Assembly (NCBI GenBank): GCA_951406725.2
Contig: OX597817.1
Location: 21,638,001-21,702,000 of the forward strand
Length of the DNA stretch: 64,000 nt
DNA from: Octopus vulgaris
Taxonomy: Eukaryota
Reading direction: 5' to 3'
Shown here in pieces: positions 42,800-56,596 of this stretch. The notes under the pieces are model-generated. The model did no database searches, had not been told where the DNA came from, and saw only the letters and a program-made list of their open reading frames with translations. Both the position numbers and the translations under genes were made by a program. Position 1 is the stretch's first letter, and each line of letters starts with the position of its first letter.

Positions 42800-44714
42800 A
42801 AATTGTCAACATGAAGAATCATATTCATCGCACAAAATTAGACGAGAAAAGACGGATTTTCCATGACACAAAAATAAAAGTGAATCACGATCCTGTTACT
42901 TACAAAGTAGCCTTTCTGAAAGACAGCAGAAAGGTAAATGAGAAGTCATACAAAGATAGTTGATTCGAATAAATTAGAAATATGGTTGGTGTTTCGATTA
43001 AGGTAAACACATAATGATATGCAAATTTAATTCCGTAAAATGAAAACGTCTAGCAAAATTTAGTTCTAGCACAAATTTTCAACATTTCCTTTTCGTATTG
43101 ATTATATTCTTAATTTCTTTTCATTTCTTTTCAAGTTGTCTCAAAGTTTCTATCTTTAAATCTCGTGTATTATATCTTAAACAAAAAGTTATGGAGGCGA
43201 CTTAGAATACAATGCATTCTTTAATTTAGTGCAGAACCGTTTTTGATATTTCTTTCTTTTGCATTCTGAAAGCATTGTAGGTTTCCTTCAAAAAGCAAAT
43301 TATGACAACATTGAGTCTAATGAATAGAATTCAAATATGATAGTACTGTCATATCTGTAAATGAAGGAATTCTTTTTATGATTTCAAGATTTTCTGTTGT
43401 GAAATGTCTTGCTTAAAATGGAAAGATTGTTCCACAAAATAAACCTTTTAAATAACTCACCTTATTTTTAAAAATATTGTTTTATCTTTTTCATCCAGTC
43501 TGTATTTTCTTACGTGCTTCTTGTATTCCTTCTAAATATATCATGCACCTCTCAATACATATTGTACTCAGCATAGATTTATTATTCTAAAAGTGTTTAA
43601 TTTTAAATTTCTTGTTTTTTCTTCACTTTTGTTAAAATCTTCAATTAGCAGTGAAAAATAATATTACATTCATAAAATTATTTTCAATACATTCCAGTCT
43701 CGTGAACCCATGTATCTGACTTTATAGATATGCCTCCATTTCTTTAGATAATAAAACGACTTTTCATTGATGTCTTACATATTGTTATCTAGGGGACTAC
43801 GAATAATTAAATATGTTTTTTTCTTTTTTTACTTGCTTCATTCTCTTCCATCAAAATTTGAAACTGAGATTAATTTGAGATGTAGAACCCTTCTGATTAA
43901 TTTGCGATAATACATGTTATTTACATTTTATTGATAAGCATCTACCTATTCCTAACTTCATAAGTGTTACATAGGTGAATCAGGTATTATCCAACCATAT
44001 TACAAATTAATAAACACACGCCCATACTGGAACATAATTGAATATAAATTCATTAGAAATAATCAGTTGTACATTACATGAATAACTCTGTTCAGGTTAA
44101 CACATTCTTTCCGTTAACAGACCATATTATTCTGATTCCTAGCGCGGAAATGATGTTATTCGAGAAGATTTAACAGGATTTAACTTAATTTGGTAACGCG
44201 TCATCACTGAGATACTGATATGATATTCAGTATCCGGATGCATAGTTTGCAACTTAACATTTTGTACGCATTTGTCACGAAGACAGCAAAATACTTCTTA
44301 GTATTCCAAAATGAATTATGTTATCAAGCATAATTAATTATCGAAATGATAATTGAATGGTGAATCTAAATTACAACCTTTGTATCAGTCCTCGTTCTGA
44401 TAGGATGAAGTTTACACTTTTCATCGCAACAAAAATATAAATTATAATAAAGCAGTTAATTAATTAATTTATTTCGGAAGGAGAGCCGAATGCTTACTTG
44501 TCATACGGAAGAGTTAGTCCTATGCATCAAACTGATTAAATAAGGTTGTTATAAGGCATTATGTAAATCAGTTATACATTAAGCTCTTCATCCACCACAA
44601 CCTCGTCCACATCATCATCATCCTCATCATCACATACTCATTGCGGTATTCAACATCAATGGAGATTTTGATATATTAGATTCATAGTTAGCAATTACCG
44701 TTGTAATACTAATC

Positions 44715-45045
44715 CTTTGAAATTTTGGCAGAAGGACATCAATTTTAGTGCGAGATGATTCGTCGTTTACATTAACACGAATACTTGAGTGTTATCTTAT
44801 TTGCTGCTCTTCATAGATGAAAGGCAAAGTTGATCTCGGCTGTATTTGAACTCACATTGCAAACAGCCAGAATAAATGCTTAGCAGCCTTTCAACCTGTC
44901 CTTTACGTTCAAACTTGAAATGCCACGCGTGTGACATCGCCTTTCATCCTTCAGGTACCGATAAAATAAATAGGAGTTGAACAGAGTTCAATGCAATCGA
45001 CTTTCCCTGATTTGAAATTGTTGGTCTCGTGCGAAAAGTTAATCC
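44715..45045. mobile_element. Head-to-head pair of old family-M SINEs
   Basis: GATGAAAGGCAAAGTTGATCTCGGC (minus copy, approx. 44715-44890) and GCCTTTCATCCTTCAGGTACCGATAAAATAA (plus copy, approx. 44900-45045). Confidence 0.7.
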
Positions 45046-45069
45046 TATTATTATTATTATTATTATTAT

Positions 45070-45136
<67 letters not shown>

Positions 45137-45143
45137 TGTTGTT

Positions 45144-45196
<53 letters not shown>
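45046..45196. repeat. (ATT)n(AGT)n compound microsatellite
   Basis: Directly visible. Confidence 0.97.
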
Positions 45197-45197
<1 letters not shown>

Positions 45198-46145
45198 TAT
45201 TTCCAAACTCTCCGAATCGTTATAGCCCAGGTAAAACACCTTGCGGCATTGATTCGCCCGATTAAATTTACTCTTTCAACTCTCTAGGTCGGAAAATTAA
45301 GATAAATTCCGAACCAAGTACAACATTCGCTTCACATTTCCTGGCTTTGTGCCTAAATTGGTAAATGTATATCTGCCTTCATCTGTGTGTGGATCATCGT
45401 CGAGAACGTATGATTGTAGATGCAGTCTACTTCAAATTTGATTTGTTGTGAACTTACTTTTATAGTTTCTTCTATTTTTCATTGTTTCGTTTGTTGTGCG
45501 AAATATGTGTAGAGTCAATCGTGTGCGCTATCATTTATATATATATATATATATGCAATGGAACTGATATTAAACTTTAGTTTCAAACGATGATTGCGTA
45601 GAACAAGCGCTATTGATTATTCAAATGTATATCGTGTGATATTTTATTGAGGAAATATCGCGTAGGAGAATGCTGATGTAATTTCTTGCCGTTTTCTTAA
45701 GTATGCATTGAGTGATATATGTCAGTTTATTAGATGCTTCTTGTATTTATCCATGTGAAATATAGAGAGGCTTCTGTTTGAAAAGTACTAATGATCACCA
45801 TGTCTCTTGCTTAGGATATAAGTTGTAAGTACTCTATTTTAGATGATGTATAACATTATGAGATGTTATGCCTCCAGTTCTATTGATTTGTGTCGAATGG
45901 TTTAGTTTATTACTAGTATATTTTTCGTTTCATTTCAAACTTCTTGAGTATTTCAATTTGTACATATTCGTGATCAAAGGCATTAGATAAGGAGACTTAA
46001 CAAAAAATATATAATAAGAAACGAAAATGACACCATATACCAAACAGCTAAAGTTCAGGAGGACCTATCAGAAATAATATAGAAAAGCGAATATTTAAAC
46101 GCCATACATCGATTTGAACACCGCAAATATAAAAAAAAATTAACA

Positions 46146-46545
46146 GGAGTGGCTGTGTGGTAAGTAGCTTGCTTACCAACCACATGGTTCCGGGTTCAGT
46201 CCCACTGCGTGGCATCTTGGGCAAGTGTCTTCTGCTATAGCCCCGGGCCGACCAATGCCTTGTGAGTGGATTTGGTAGACGAAAACTGAAAGAAGCCTGT
46301 CATATATATGTATATATATATATGTGTGTGTATGTGTATATGTTTGTGTGTCTGTGTTTGTCCCCCTAGCATTGCTTGACAACCGATGGTGGTGTGTATA
46401 CGTCCCCGTCACTTAGCGGTTCGGCAAAAGAGACCGATAGAATAAGTACTGGGCTTACAAAGAATATTTCCCGGGGTCGATTTGCTCGACTAAAGGCGGT
46501 GCTCCAGCATGGCCGCAGTCAAATGACTGAAACAAGTAAAACAGT
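46146..46545 (+). mobile_element. Near full-length CORE-type SINE (family C; resembles octopus OR-type SINEs)
   Basis: tRNA-like head TGGCTGTGTGGTAAG...GGTTCAGTCCC, CORE-like CTTGGGCAAGTGTCTT, internal (TA)(TG) tract, tail GGCGGTGCTCCAGCATGGCCGCAGTC...GAAACAAGTAAAA. Confidence 0.9.
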
Positions 46546-47113
46546 AAAACAGTAAAGAGAGTAGAGTATCACGTGTGGTAGAAAATATATGACGCATACA
46601 CGAGCTATGCCAATACCAACAGGTGTATTATTTAATCATTTGAGAAGAGGTTATGTAATTTTTTGGGGAAACCGGGTTTGATCTTAATTCTCTAAGAACC
46701 AACTACCACGGTACTGTGCTAAAAAGAAAGCAAGTAAAGCAATAATGATATATCCTTAATTACAGCAGTGGGAAAGACAGATTCAACATGAAGCCCCAAA
46801 TCCGAAAATGTATAATATCAATGAAAACAAGAGATTTTTGAAAGCAAAACGAAAGCTTAAACAAATCGTATCTGCAAAAGAATGCATGGTACGACACTTC
46901 AAACCACTTAAAAGCTTTTTTTTCCGGAAAAACTAGTCTTTGATTCAAACAGCAATTGATTTAGAAGTGGCATTAAAAAGAAAGCCTGCAACGCGAATGG
47001 AAATTCAACTATACTGAGTCGGGTTACGGAACGAAACATCTGAGTGCAATACGCAATCACAAGATATCACAAGGGAAGGAGAAAACAAAATTATAATACC
47101 ACCGTTGAGTAGC

Positions 47114-47151
<38 letters not shown>

Positions 47152-47243
47152 GATACATATATATTTGTAAATATATATATGTATATATATATATATGTAT
47201 ATATATATACACACATATAGATACATATATATTTGTAAATATA

Positions 47244-47303
<60 letters not shown>

Positions 47304-47539
47304 TGTATGTGTGTATAAGGAAATTTAGCACATTAAGAACTTCGTGCAAATGAGAAAACTCACGAAAGGATAAAAGAAAATATGAGGTGGTCATCGGTGC
47401 TACATACTGAGGTAAGCATACCCATGAATTCAGAAATTCACTTCATGAAACACAACTTAAAATCCAAGTAATAGCAAATAAGATATATCAGTTGAGCTAC
47501 TACTGAGCAAGTCATACACAATTAAGAAAAACGTCTGTA

Positions 47540-47720
47540 GAAATACAAAGAGGTCAAAACCAATCTAGAGTACCACTGCAAAACTAGGGAACTAATCTAT
47601 CACATAAGGTGTTTTGAAGAACACTATCAGGACTCTACTATAAGTTATAAATATGAAACTGTAGGGGTGCAAAAATCAGGGCTTGAATACTATGAAATGA
47701 ATACAAGATTTGTTTAATAA
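47540..47720 (+). mobile_element. Heavily decayed Penelope-type GIY-YIG remnant
   Basis: Frame from 47577 reads CKTRELIYHIRC...SYKYET, paralleling CRTRNVAYSISC...TYIDEI in the next copy. Confidence 0.45.
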
Positions 47721-47797
47721 CAAACGCTTTAGTGATCTATAAGCAATAAGTGTATTTGCAAAATGATATAAAGTAGAAACAATATTCACATCAGCAC

Positions 47798-47887
<90 letters not shown>

Positions 47888-47889
47888 AT

Positions 47890-48290
47890 ATACCCTTGTA
47901 ACAGATCACAACTATGTAGGACGTACCCCTGTGTGAATACCACATGCGCCAATGAGAACTGCATGGTATGTAAGATTTACCCTGGCATTAACTGTAGAAC
48001 TAGAAATGTAGCCTACAGCATAAGCTGCATAGAGGGTGCTTTTAAAGACAAGGACTTTACGTACATTGATGAGATATCTACAATCATTGCGGACGGGGTA
48101 AGTGAACATTGGAGACAATATGACAGCAAAAACAGCTCTCCATACTGTACCAAAATGCCAAAGATCAATATGGAGGCACAGAGCCTCGACTTGGCATCCG
48201 CATTTTATCCAAGCACTCGAAGGACACAACACTCAGATAAATGCAGAAGCACGTCCTCATAAGAGAAACATGCCCAGTACAACATAGGAG
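47890..48290 (+). mobile_element. Penelope-like element fragment: Cys-rich linker plus GIY-YIG endonuclease (pseudogenised)
   Basis: CANENCMVCKIYPGINCRTRNVAYSISC...FTYIDEISTIIADGVSEHWR matches CxxC...CxxxNVxYxIxC...YIGETxRxLxxRxxEH; frameshifted continuation LGIRILSKH...LR*..HVLIRETCP; begins at a (TA)n(TG)n array. Confidence 0.75.
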
Positions 48291-48391
48291 CTATGCGTAG
48301 AATGTAGCAATGCCCCGATAACCACAGTTTATACATACACATGTAGATTTGTTAGTAGGCTGATATGTAGACGTACACACACACACCACAT

Positions 48392-48429
<38 letters not shown>

Positions 48430-49368
48430 TTATTTATATATATAAGTAGGTAAATGGATATGTAAGTAAACAGAGAGCTAAGTATAAAAGCTACATAGTT
48501 AATACGGACAGAAATGCACATTTGCACACATATACACATATACATATACTAAAGAAGACTGAAACTTATGACCCTATACACACACGCACATTTCACGCAC
48601 ATACACGCACGAGGACACTTATGGAGACACATATCTATACTTAACTGACGCACGTACGTAGTCACACTAATCCATACACATAGACACACTCAAACATGCA
48701 CACACAAATACACACACATACAAACTCACAAACATGAACACACAAGCACCTGAAAATTCAGGAAACATACATAAAAACGTACACACACGCGTACGTACAT
48801 ATATGCATACATACACGCATACATTCATACATACATGTAACGACTATTGCAGAGGTTGCAAGAAGCAATGGAAATTTTAGAAGAAATAAATATGTAAATG
48901 AGTGGAAACTGAACTGGTGAGTGTGTTAATTAATAAGACACTTAAACAGAATGACTCTCCCCAGGCACAATAAAATATGCTTCAACACACGAATTCACAT
49001 AAAAAATCTTACGATTCAAATACAAAAATTAAATATTATATGTGTGTGTGTATAAGTGTGAGTGTGTTTGTGTGTATGGGTGCACATATGGGCGTGTGGT
49101 TAAAAATTATTAAGGTCCTAAAAGTGTTCGGAAAGGACCGAAACGGAGCTGTCTCAACTGATGAGGCGAAGGAAAATAGTAATTAGTATTAAGATTTCTC
49201 GATTTGTATTTTTCGGACGATCATGGTCGCTGTTAGTGAATATGTTTTCATTCATGTACGTTAACTACAGAATTAGAGCAATTTAGCTCTTATTTCTTGC
49301 AAGGTAGGCGTTTCTCTAACGCCCTAATGATATTTAGTGTCATTTGTATGTCCATCTATCTATCTCTC

Positions 49369-49410
<42 letters not shown>

Positions 49411-49573
49411 AGGTAGCCAGATGTTTGATTATTATATATATATTCTTTATTAACACTGTTATTATATTTATATTATTATATATATATTTTTTATATACAC
49501 TTTTAGCGCTTTTTTCTGTTATCGGATTTATGTGTGTGTATAAATACTTATACTCCCATACGTTAGTACAAAC

Positions 49574-49590
49574 ATACACACACACACACA

Positions 49591-49679
<89 letters not shown>
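49574..49679. repeat. (CA)n/(CT)n microsatellite
   Basis: Directly visible. Confidence 0.97.
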
Positions 49680-49682
<3 letters not shown>

Positions 49683-50603
49683 TATATAAACTTTTGCTTC
49701 TATTTATGAGTATGTGTATATACGTTTCTCAGGTTGCCTTTATGTATATGTGTCCCAGTGTGAAATGTCTTCGTCTGATGAGCAAGAAATTTTCGCGCTT
49801 ATACTACCTGTCAAACGAAAAGTTACTCTTGATCTGACAGAATTAAGTGAAGTGGAATAATAAAACGTGTGGGACATCAATTTCGGATTTTCTTTATTAT
49901 TTTCAATGTTCTTTTCAATATTATTATCATTATTATCAATATTCTTCTTCTTATCATCATCATGAACCTGTTTTGTTTTCTCTGCTGCTGTTTGTTTTCG
50001 TATCTTTTTTTTTAATTTCTTTATTATTTATAGTTTTAGCTAATTTGTTTTTTATTCTTGTTACTGGTTTTGATATGTTTTCTTGTGGTTTTTTTCACCA
50101 CTAACTCTGTTTTCTGTTTCCTGTTTGGAAAAGACAAATAGTCAACAAACAAAAACATACAAGGAACAAAAAATTGTACAAACAAAACAAAAATACAGCT
50201 ACCAACCTATGAGAACAGGAATATAACGTTTGTAGTGATTTTTCAGCCATCGAGTACAGCTACATCGATTTTTATAAAATTATTCGCAGTCTGTTTATTA
50301 CTGTTTGTATTTTATCTTATTTGTGTGTGCATGAACTCGAGAAAAATAAATTATAATTCATTCTATAGACTAAATATGTCTATATCTATGCAAGCATCTA
50401 TTTACAATTCGTTTGTCTTTTGTTTAAACGGAAAATAATACTACGTATTGTTATGGTTAAAACTTAAGAACAAGAAAAAAAGTGAAATTCTCTGAGGCAA
50501 ATTTTCAAATATAACAAATACACATGCACGCACACAAACAAAAACAATAATATATATGTATATATGGGTGTCTGTGTGTGTATATAAAGATATATATATA
50601 TAC

Positions 50604-50668
<65 letters not shown>

Positions 50669-51069
50669 CATATATATATATACATATATATATATACGTA
50701 CATACATGTGCATATTTGCAAGAACGCACGCGCACACACACATACACACACTTATGTATCTATATGTATATGTGTGTTTGTGTGCGCGTGTAGATTGGTA
50801 CTTAACCAACACTTGTTTTTCGCAAGAGTTCTAATATTGCTAATCGTTTGCAATTATGACGTCTAAACATGAATCAAAAGCGTTTTCATTTGGCATTCTA
50901 GCAGCTTTAAGATATCGGTTCCACGACGTTCTCTTATTAACCCGTGTGATAGGCAAAAATCCACATCAAAACATCATACATTCATACAGATATTCACATA
51001 TGTATTCATGCCTGCATCTATCTATCTATCTATCTATTTATTTATATATAGAAATATATATATATATAT

Positions 51070-51272
51070 GTGTCCTCGTGTGTACCGTTGGCGATTTTTC
51101 CCCTGTCTTCCCTTCTCTGGATCTTTCCTTCTCCTATGTTTCCGACGAAGAGCTCCGCTCGAAACGTTAACTCCTCCTTCTTTCCTGAGCGTCCAATAAT
51201 ACTATATTTGTTCCACAACCTAACGTTGTTGTGTTTTTTTGTGCTTTCTTGTTTGGATTAACTTTATATATA
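51070..51272 (+). mobile_element. (TA)n-anchored short element with minimal hammerhead-like core (family H2)
   Basis: CCGACGA-A-GAGC-TCC-GCTC-GAAACGTTA at 51142-51169; TA runs on both sides. Confidence 0.65.
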
Positions 51273-52650
51273 TTCATCCCCTGTACCTCCCTCTCCAATT
51301 TCCTATTCGGTGAATCGCTTTCTCGCTTTACACTAACTGGAAATAGCCATTCATATATATCTCGTCTTTGTCGAGTCTCATATTATTTCCGTTTCCTGGG
51401 AACTTCGTTTGCTCAGGCGTCCCAATATATATACCAACTAAATCGAGAAACGCTTTATACTATTAGCTCCGTCTTCGTTTCATTCTCATCTAGTTTGAAA
51501 ACTTTGGCAGGATTATCGGTTATTCATGTTTATTCGTCAGTGTTCATCAATGTACAGGTCTATGCTATTCTCATTTTATGCAATATTTTCATAAACGTTT
51601 ATATTAAGTCGAAATCTGGGCTCATATCATCCTAATGATGTTGCGGCTCATATCTCGTCTTGTTTATGCAAGAACCTATCTGTTAAAACACCAAGCAAAT
51701 CTGCCTTAGAATATTAATGGGTGGCAGAAACATATGTATTGCGTTCCAACATATGCCTCGGGCAGATGGAGTAATCGACCCGAACATGCATGAATCACCG
51801 ATCTTCACAATCAAACCTGTACTGGTTACTAAATAGCATCACAATTATAGATGCTCTGAATGAATTGCATTTTATCATGAGGTTTTTTGAATCATTTGCT
51901 TCTGACCTTTTATCGACTATATCATATGACATTATAATTATGTATTCAAGTTAGCTATCGTATGCATTAATTTCAACAATATTAGGAGAGATGAAAAAAA
52001 ACTCATGCACTCAAACTTACCAAATTATAGCATAATGTTGTTGCATTTAGTTTTCTAGAAGTGTATAAATTCAAAAATATTCTACAGCCAATTTCAGTTG
52101 CGTTATTCCAAATTTCCTAACTGACTTTTGTATTCTGGTAGATTTCTTTTGGTATTTTAGAACTAATATTGTGCAAAAATGTCATGTCTTTTTCTTTTTG
52201 TAATCCGCAAATACATATTGAATTATGTGTTGTCTTCAACGTAGTGATACTCTGAGATATTTCCAACCAAGCGGTAAATTTGATCTTGCACAGGTCTTCT
52301 GATTAATAGCGTAATTATGAGATTTCATGCCGATCGGACCGTGAGCATATCAAAAATGTCATTGAAGTGAATCATCAATACAAAGTAGAAAACATGTAGA
52401 TAAATTATTCGATTATAAGAATGTGGAGTGATAAAATGGCAACAAACTTTAGGATAGCAATTTCTATGTCATAGTTAGATTACTAGAAGATGATACTGGT
52501 GTGTAATCCACGTCACACTACCATAACTACTTTCTGTCCGAACTAAAATAAAAGATTTGCAATACTGCGATTTTATGGTGCACTTCCAACCACTTCGTAC
52601 TTTCACAGGGAGAAAAAGAGCGAGATCAATGATCGACAAATTATACATGT

Positions 52651-52705
<55 letters not shown>

Positions 52706-53668
52706 TGTGTGTGTGTGCGTACATAGAAATTATAACAGATTTAACTTGACCCAGCAACTGTGCTTTAAATTAAAGACGTCCGTCTTTGGCAAAATGAAAT
52801 GCTACTCGTAATATTACCGCTGGAGCAGAATAGTATTCTCTAGAAACGATCACCCACAACGCAATGCGCAATTTAATTACGATAATTATTCTCTATGTAC
52901 AAAATAGAAAACCTCCCATCTAATCTTAAGCAATGTAAAGCAAAATTGCTCTAAGTGTATTTTAAACTCCAAGTGTAGAAAGTTGATTCACATACAAAGC
53001 ATTCTGTTGGAAAATTTAGTATACGGAAAATTCGCCGCCATGAAATATTCAGTGCTGGAAAGACAAAATGTTGTGTGCTGATTCAATAACATTCTATGTA
53101 TCAGTACGGAAAACATATCTGTCTATACAATACCCTCTCTCATCTAACATCCTACTTTTATGTTCGATAATCTACATTTGCTTCATTCTGACTAATAGCC
53201 TTTTATATCTAGTTTACCGCATTTATGTTTAATATCTTTTTGAACACTACTTTCTTGTTATTGATTATTCATTTTCTTACCATTGAATTTACGGGCTCCG
53301 TGTCAGTAAGATACCGATGTTTTCTTACAATTTAAAGATAACAAAATAAGTGTGTCAGTTTTACAGTAAAAATGAAGTGGTTTACAATTCAAATATTTGC
53401 GAAATAGCATTTTGTTCCAAGCTTGAGACTCTTTCCTTACAAATGACACTTAAATCGGTAATCTCATAAAACACACAGTATGAGATACAGGGGATGATAT
53501 TCTATGTATTATTTTTACTTAAGACATACTTCATTTCGCTTCCATTGTCACCATTCTATTTCTACAGCGGGAAGAATACTGGAAACCATACCCTCGAGAA
53601 GACGCGCAGATATTCATCCGTGTATATATACATATATACATACACACATACACACGCATATATACATA

Positions 53669-53727
<59 letters not shown>

Positions 53728-53764
53728 ATGTATATAGTGGTTGTCTACTTCTTATACAGAGTTT

Positions 53765-55703
53765 GACCACCTCACGTACCTATACATTAGCACCATCATG
53801 GCGTCTGATGTGGCTTTTTAAACGAGACAATGTTCTGAAGAGATACCCACATAGATTGCACCTCTGGTTTGGACCAATAATACCTGCAGATAAGTTCTGC
53901 TCTTTATGGATCATAAACTGTCTTTTGAGGCCTCTGTTGGATTTGAAAACTTTCTGGCATACACTACTTTCAAAAGTGTGCAACGACATATAGTCAGAAT
54001 AGTTGGTGAAGGTGCGTTTACCATGTATTCGCAGATGAAATTTGAGGCCAGCCAAAGACAGGCACGGTCTGTCACATACTGCGCACACATAAAGGTTATC
54101 GTCATTCACCTTCTCGGTCGTTACATTCTTCCTTAGATCTATTTTGAGTCTTACTTGTGTTATCCTGGCCTCTTCAAATGATTTTACTCCACTCCACACT
54201 TTTGTTCGCCATCCAAATCGATCCGAAGCAAGTGTTTCTATATCTTCTGGAACCATTTCAAGTGACCTCATAGTAGTCCTTATGTCGTCTTTAATCCTAT
54301 TTCAAGTTTACGCTGATAGCTTTTCTCCTCTGCAAGCTCATCATAAAACAGCTGTTTCGTCATGGGTTCATCTGCCATTCGACTTATATGGCCACACCAT
54401 CTCAGCTGGTTCCCCAAATTCATATCTTTAATTATGGTGATACCTGCAGATGCAAGGACATCTGTATTTCGAGTAAAAGAACTCCAATTAATTTTTAAAA
54501 TACGATGAAGGCATTTTTGGTGAAATTGTCCTAACAGTTTAATATGCCTTTCATAACAAGTCCAAGTTTTACAGGAATACAATTGTGATAGTAAGACAAA
54601 TGATTTGTAACGAGCCAGTTTTGTATTCTTTTTTTATATGTTGCTGGTAACAAACGTGTGACTACAAGTCACCAAATGCTTTTGCTGCCCTTTAGATTCA
54701 CAGCTGTATTTCTGTATCAAGAGTTCCATCATTTGAACAGGGCTTCCAAGGTAGATGAAGGAATCGACAACCTCAGGTAACGTTCCCTTAACAAAACTTT
54801 TAGTGGGATTACAAACAGCACCACGCGCTGGTTGATGCATTACAACTGTTTTTGCTTTTTTTGCCAAGTTGATGGTCAAGCCAAAATCATGATAAGATGA
54901 GTCAAATGTAGATATAAAAGATTGCAGACCTATTTCGGTATGACAGACAAGGTCACAATAGTCAACATGCAAAAGCTCACTAATGAGTGAAGTAAACATC
55001 GTTTTGAATTTCATTCTGGTCAGATTAAAAGTATTCCCTGTTTTTCGATATTTTATACAAATACCCTCCTCAGACATTTGAAAAGCATGTGACAACGCTA
55101 CAGCAAAGTATAATGCAAAGAGGATGGGTGCATTAAGTTCAACTTGCTTTACTCCATTTTTCGCAGCAAAAGATTCAGAGAGCCTACAAATAAAATTAAC
55201 TCTAGCTTTCATATCTTGATGCAAAGCCCTGATCTTGTTTACAATTTTTCTGGGCAACCTATTTTCCTTAGAATTAGCAACAGAGCATTTCCATTAACAG
55301 TATTGAATGTTTTAATCAAATCAACAAAGCAATGGTATACAGCAAGATTCTGTTGATGCACATTTCTTGTAATTGTGTGAGAATCAGGCAATATATTTGG
55401 AATTATAAAGGTATTTAAACGTTCTAATAAATGCGGGCAAGTACCTTTCCAAACACAGACAAAATCGAAATCCTCTGAAAATTACCACAGAGATCCTTTG
55501 TCACCGATTTGCAAGTTACTTGATAATGTAAATTTTGCAACATTCCAACTTAGTACCAGACTGTTGATTTTTAGGCATTATCGAGAAATCTTTTTTTCCA
55601 CGCACTAGATGATGGTCAGTTCAGCTCTCTGACCCTCTCATGACTCGAACGCTAGAAACGTCTTTCATATCACGTTTTCTGGTTAGAATATAATCTGAAT
55701 CAA

Positions 55704-55705
<2 letters not shown>
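53765..55705 (-). mobile_element. Decayed RTE-clade (BovB/Expander-like) LINE: end of APE endonuclease, RT, C-terminal C2H2 fingers
   Basis: DYILTRKRDMKDVSSVRVMRGSES*TDHHLV (APE end), GNFQRISILSVFGKVLARI, NGVKQVELNAPILFALYF, IKYRKTGNTFNLTRMK, ELLHVDYCDLV (decayed FADD), FHQKCLHRILKINW, QLRWCGHISRM, ASDRFGW, then zinc fingers; frameshifts and an internal deletion between EN and RT. Confidence 0.92.
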
Positions 55706-55786
<81 letters not shown>

Positions 55787-55955
55787 TAGATAGATAAGAT
55801 AGTTATAGATAAGATAGATATAAATAAAATAGACATAGATAAGATAGATATAGATAGATACATAGAGAGATAAGCTTACTTGGAAATGGATGCGTTGCGT
55901 TCAATCATATAATAGTATAAATAATATATATATGCATATATACATACATATATGT

Positions 55956-56345
55956 GGAGGCGCAATGGCCCAGTGGTTAGGGCAGCGGACTCGCGGTCAT
56001 AGGATCGTGGTTTCGATTCCCAGACCGGGCGTTGTGAGTGTTTATTGAGCGAAAACACCTAAAGCTCCACGAGGCTCCGGCAGGGGATGGTGGTGATCCC
56101 TGCTGTACTCTTTCACCACAACTTTCTCTCACTCTTACTTCCTGTTTCTGTTGTACCTGTATTTCAAAGGGCCGGCCTTGTCACTCTCTGTGTCACGCTG
56201 AATATCCCCGAGAACTACGTTAAGGGTACACGTGTCTGTGGAGTGCTCAGCCACTTACACGTTAATTTCACGAGCAGGCTGCTCCGTTGATTCGGATCAA
56301 CCGGAACCCTCATCGTCGTAACCGACGGAGTGCTTCCACAAAAAA
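55956..56345 (+). mobile_element. SINE family A with tail 2
   Basis: Intact family-A head and body, different 3' half ending GTAACCGACGGAGTGCTTCCACAAAAAA; 12-bp direct repeat ATACATATATGT on both sides. Confidence 0.92.
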
Positions 56346-56532
56346 ATACATATATGTACATGCTTATGTATATATATGTATGTATATGCATATATGCGTA
56401 CAGGACGTTACAAAACGTAAACATCATGAAATATGAAAACCTGAAATACGAACTCTTGTATGCGAACAATGAAAGAAACAAATGGAAAACAATGCAAATA
56501 TATATATATGTATATATATATATGTATATATA

Positions 56533-56596
<64 letters not shown>

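Noticed and set aside
49770-49830. CTGATGAG as a hammerhead core
   Set aside because: No stem II closing onto a GAAA box.
53780-54271. Host C2H2 zinc-finger gene
   Set aside because: Continuous with the RTE RT remnants and lacks TGEKP linkers; it is the LINE C-terminus.
55956-56030. tRNA genes at the GGAGGCGCAATGGCCCAGTGG heads (also 17066, 25037, 26205)
   Set aside because: They continue into SINE bodies, most with TSDs, and lack a proper acceptor stem.
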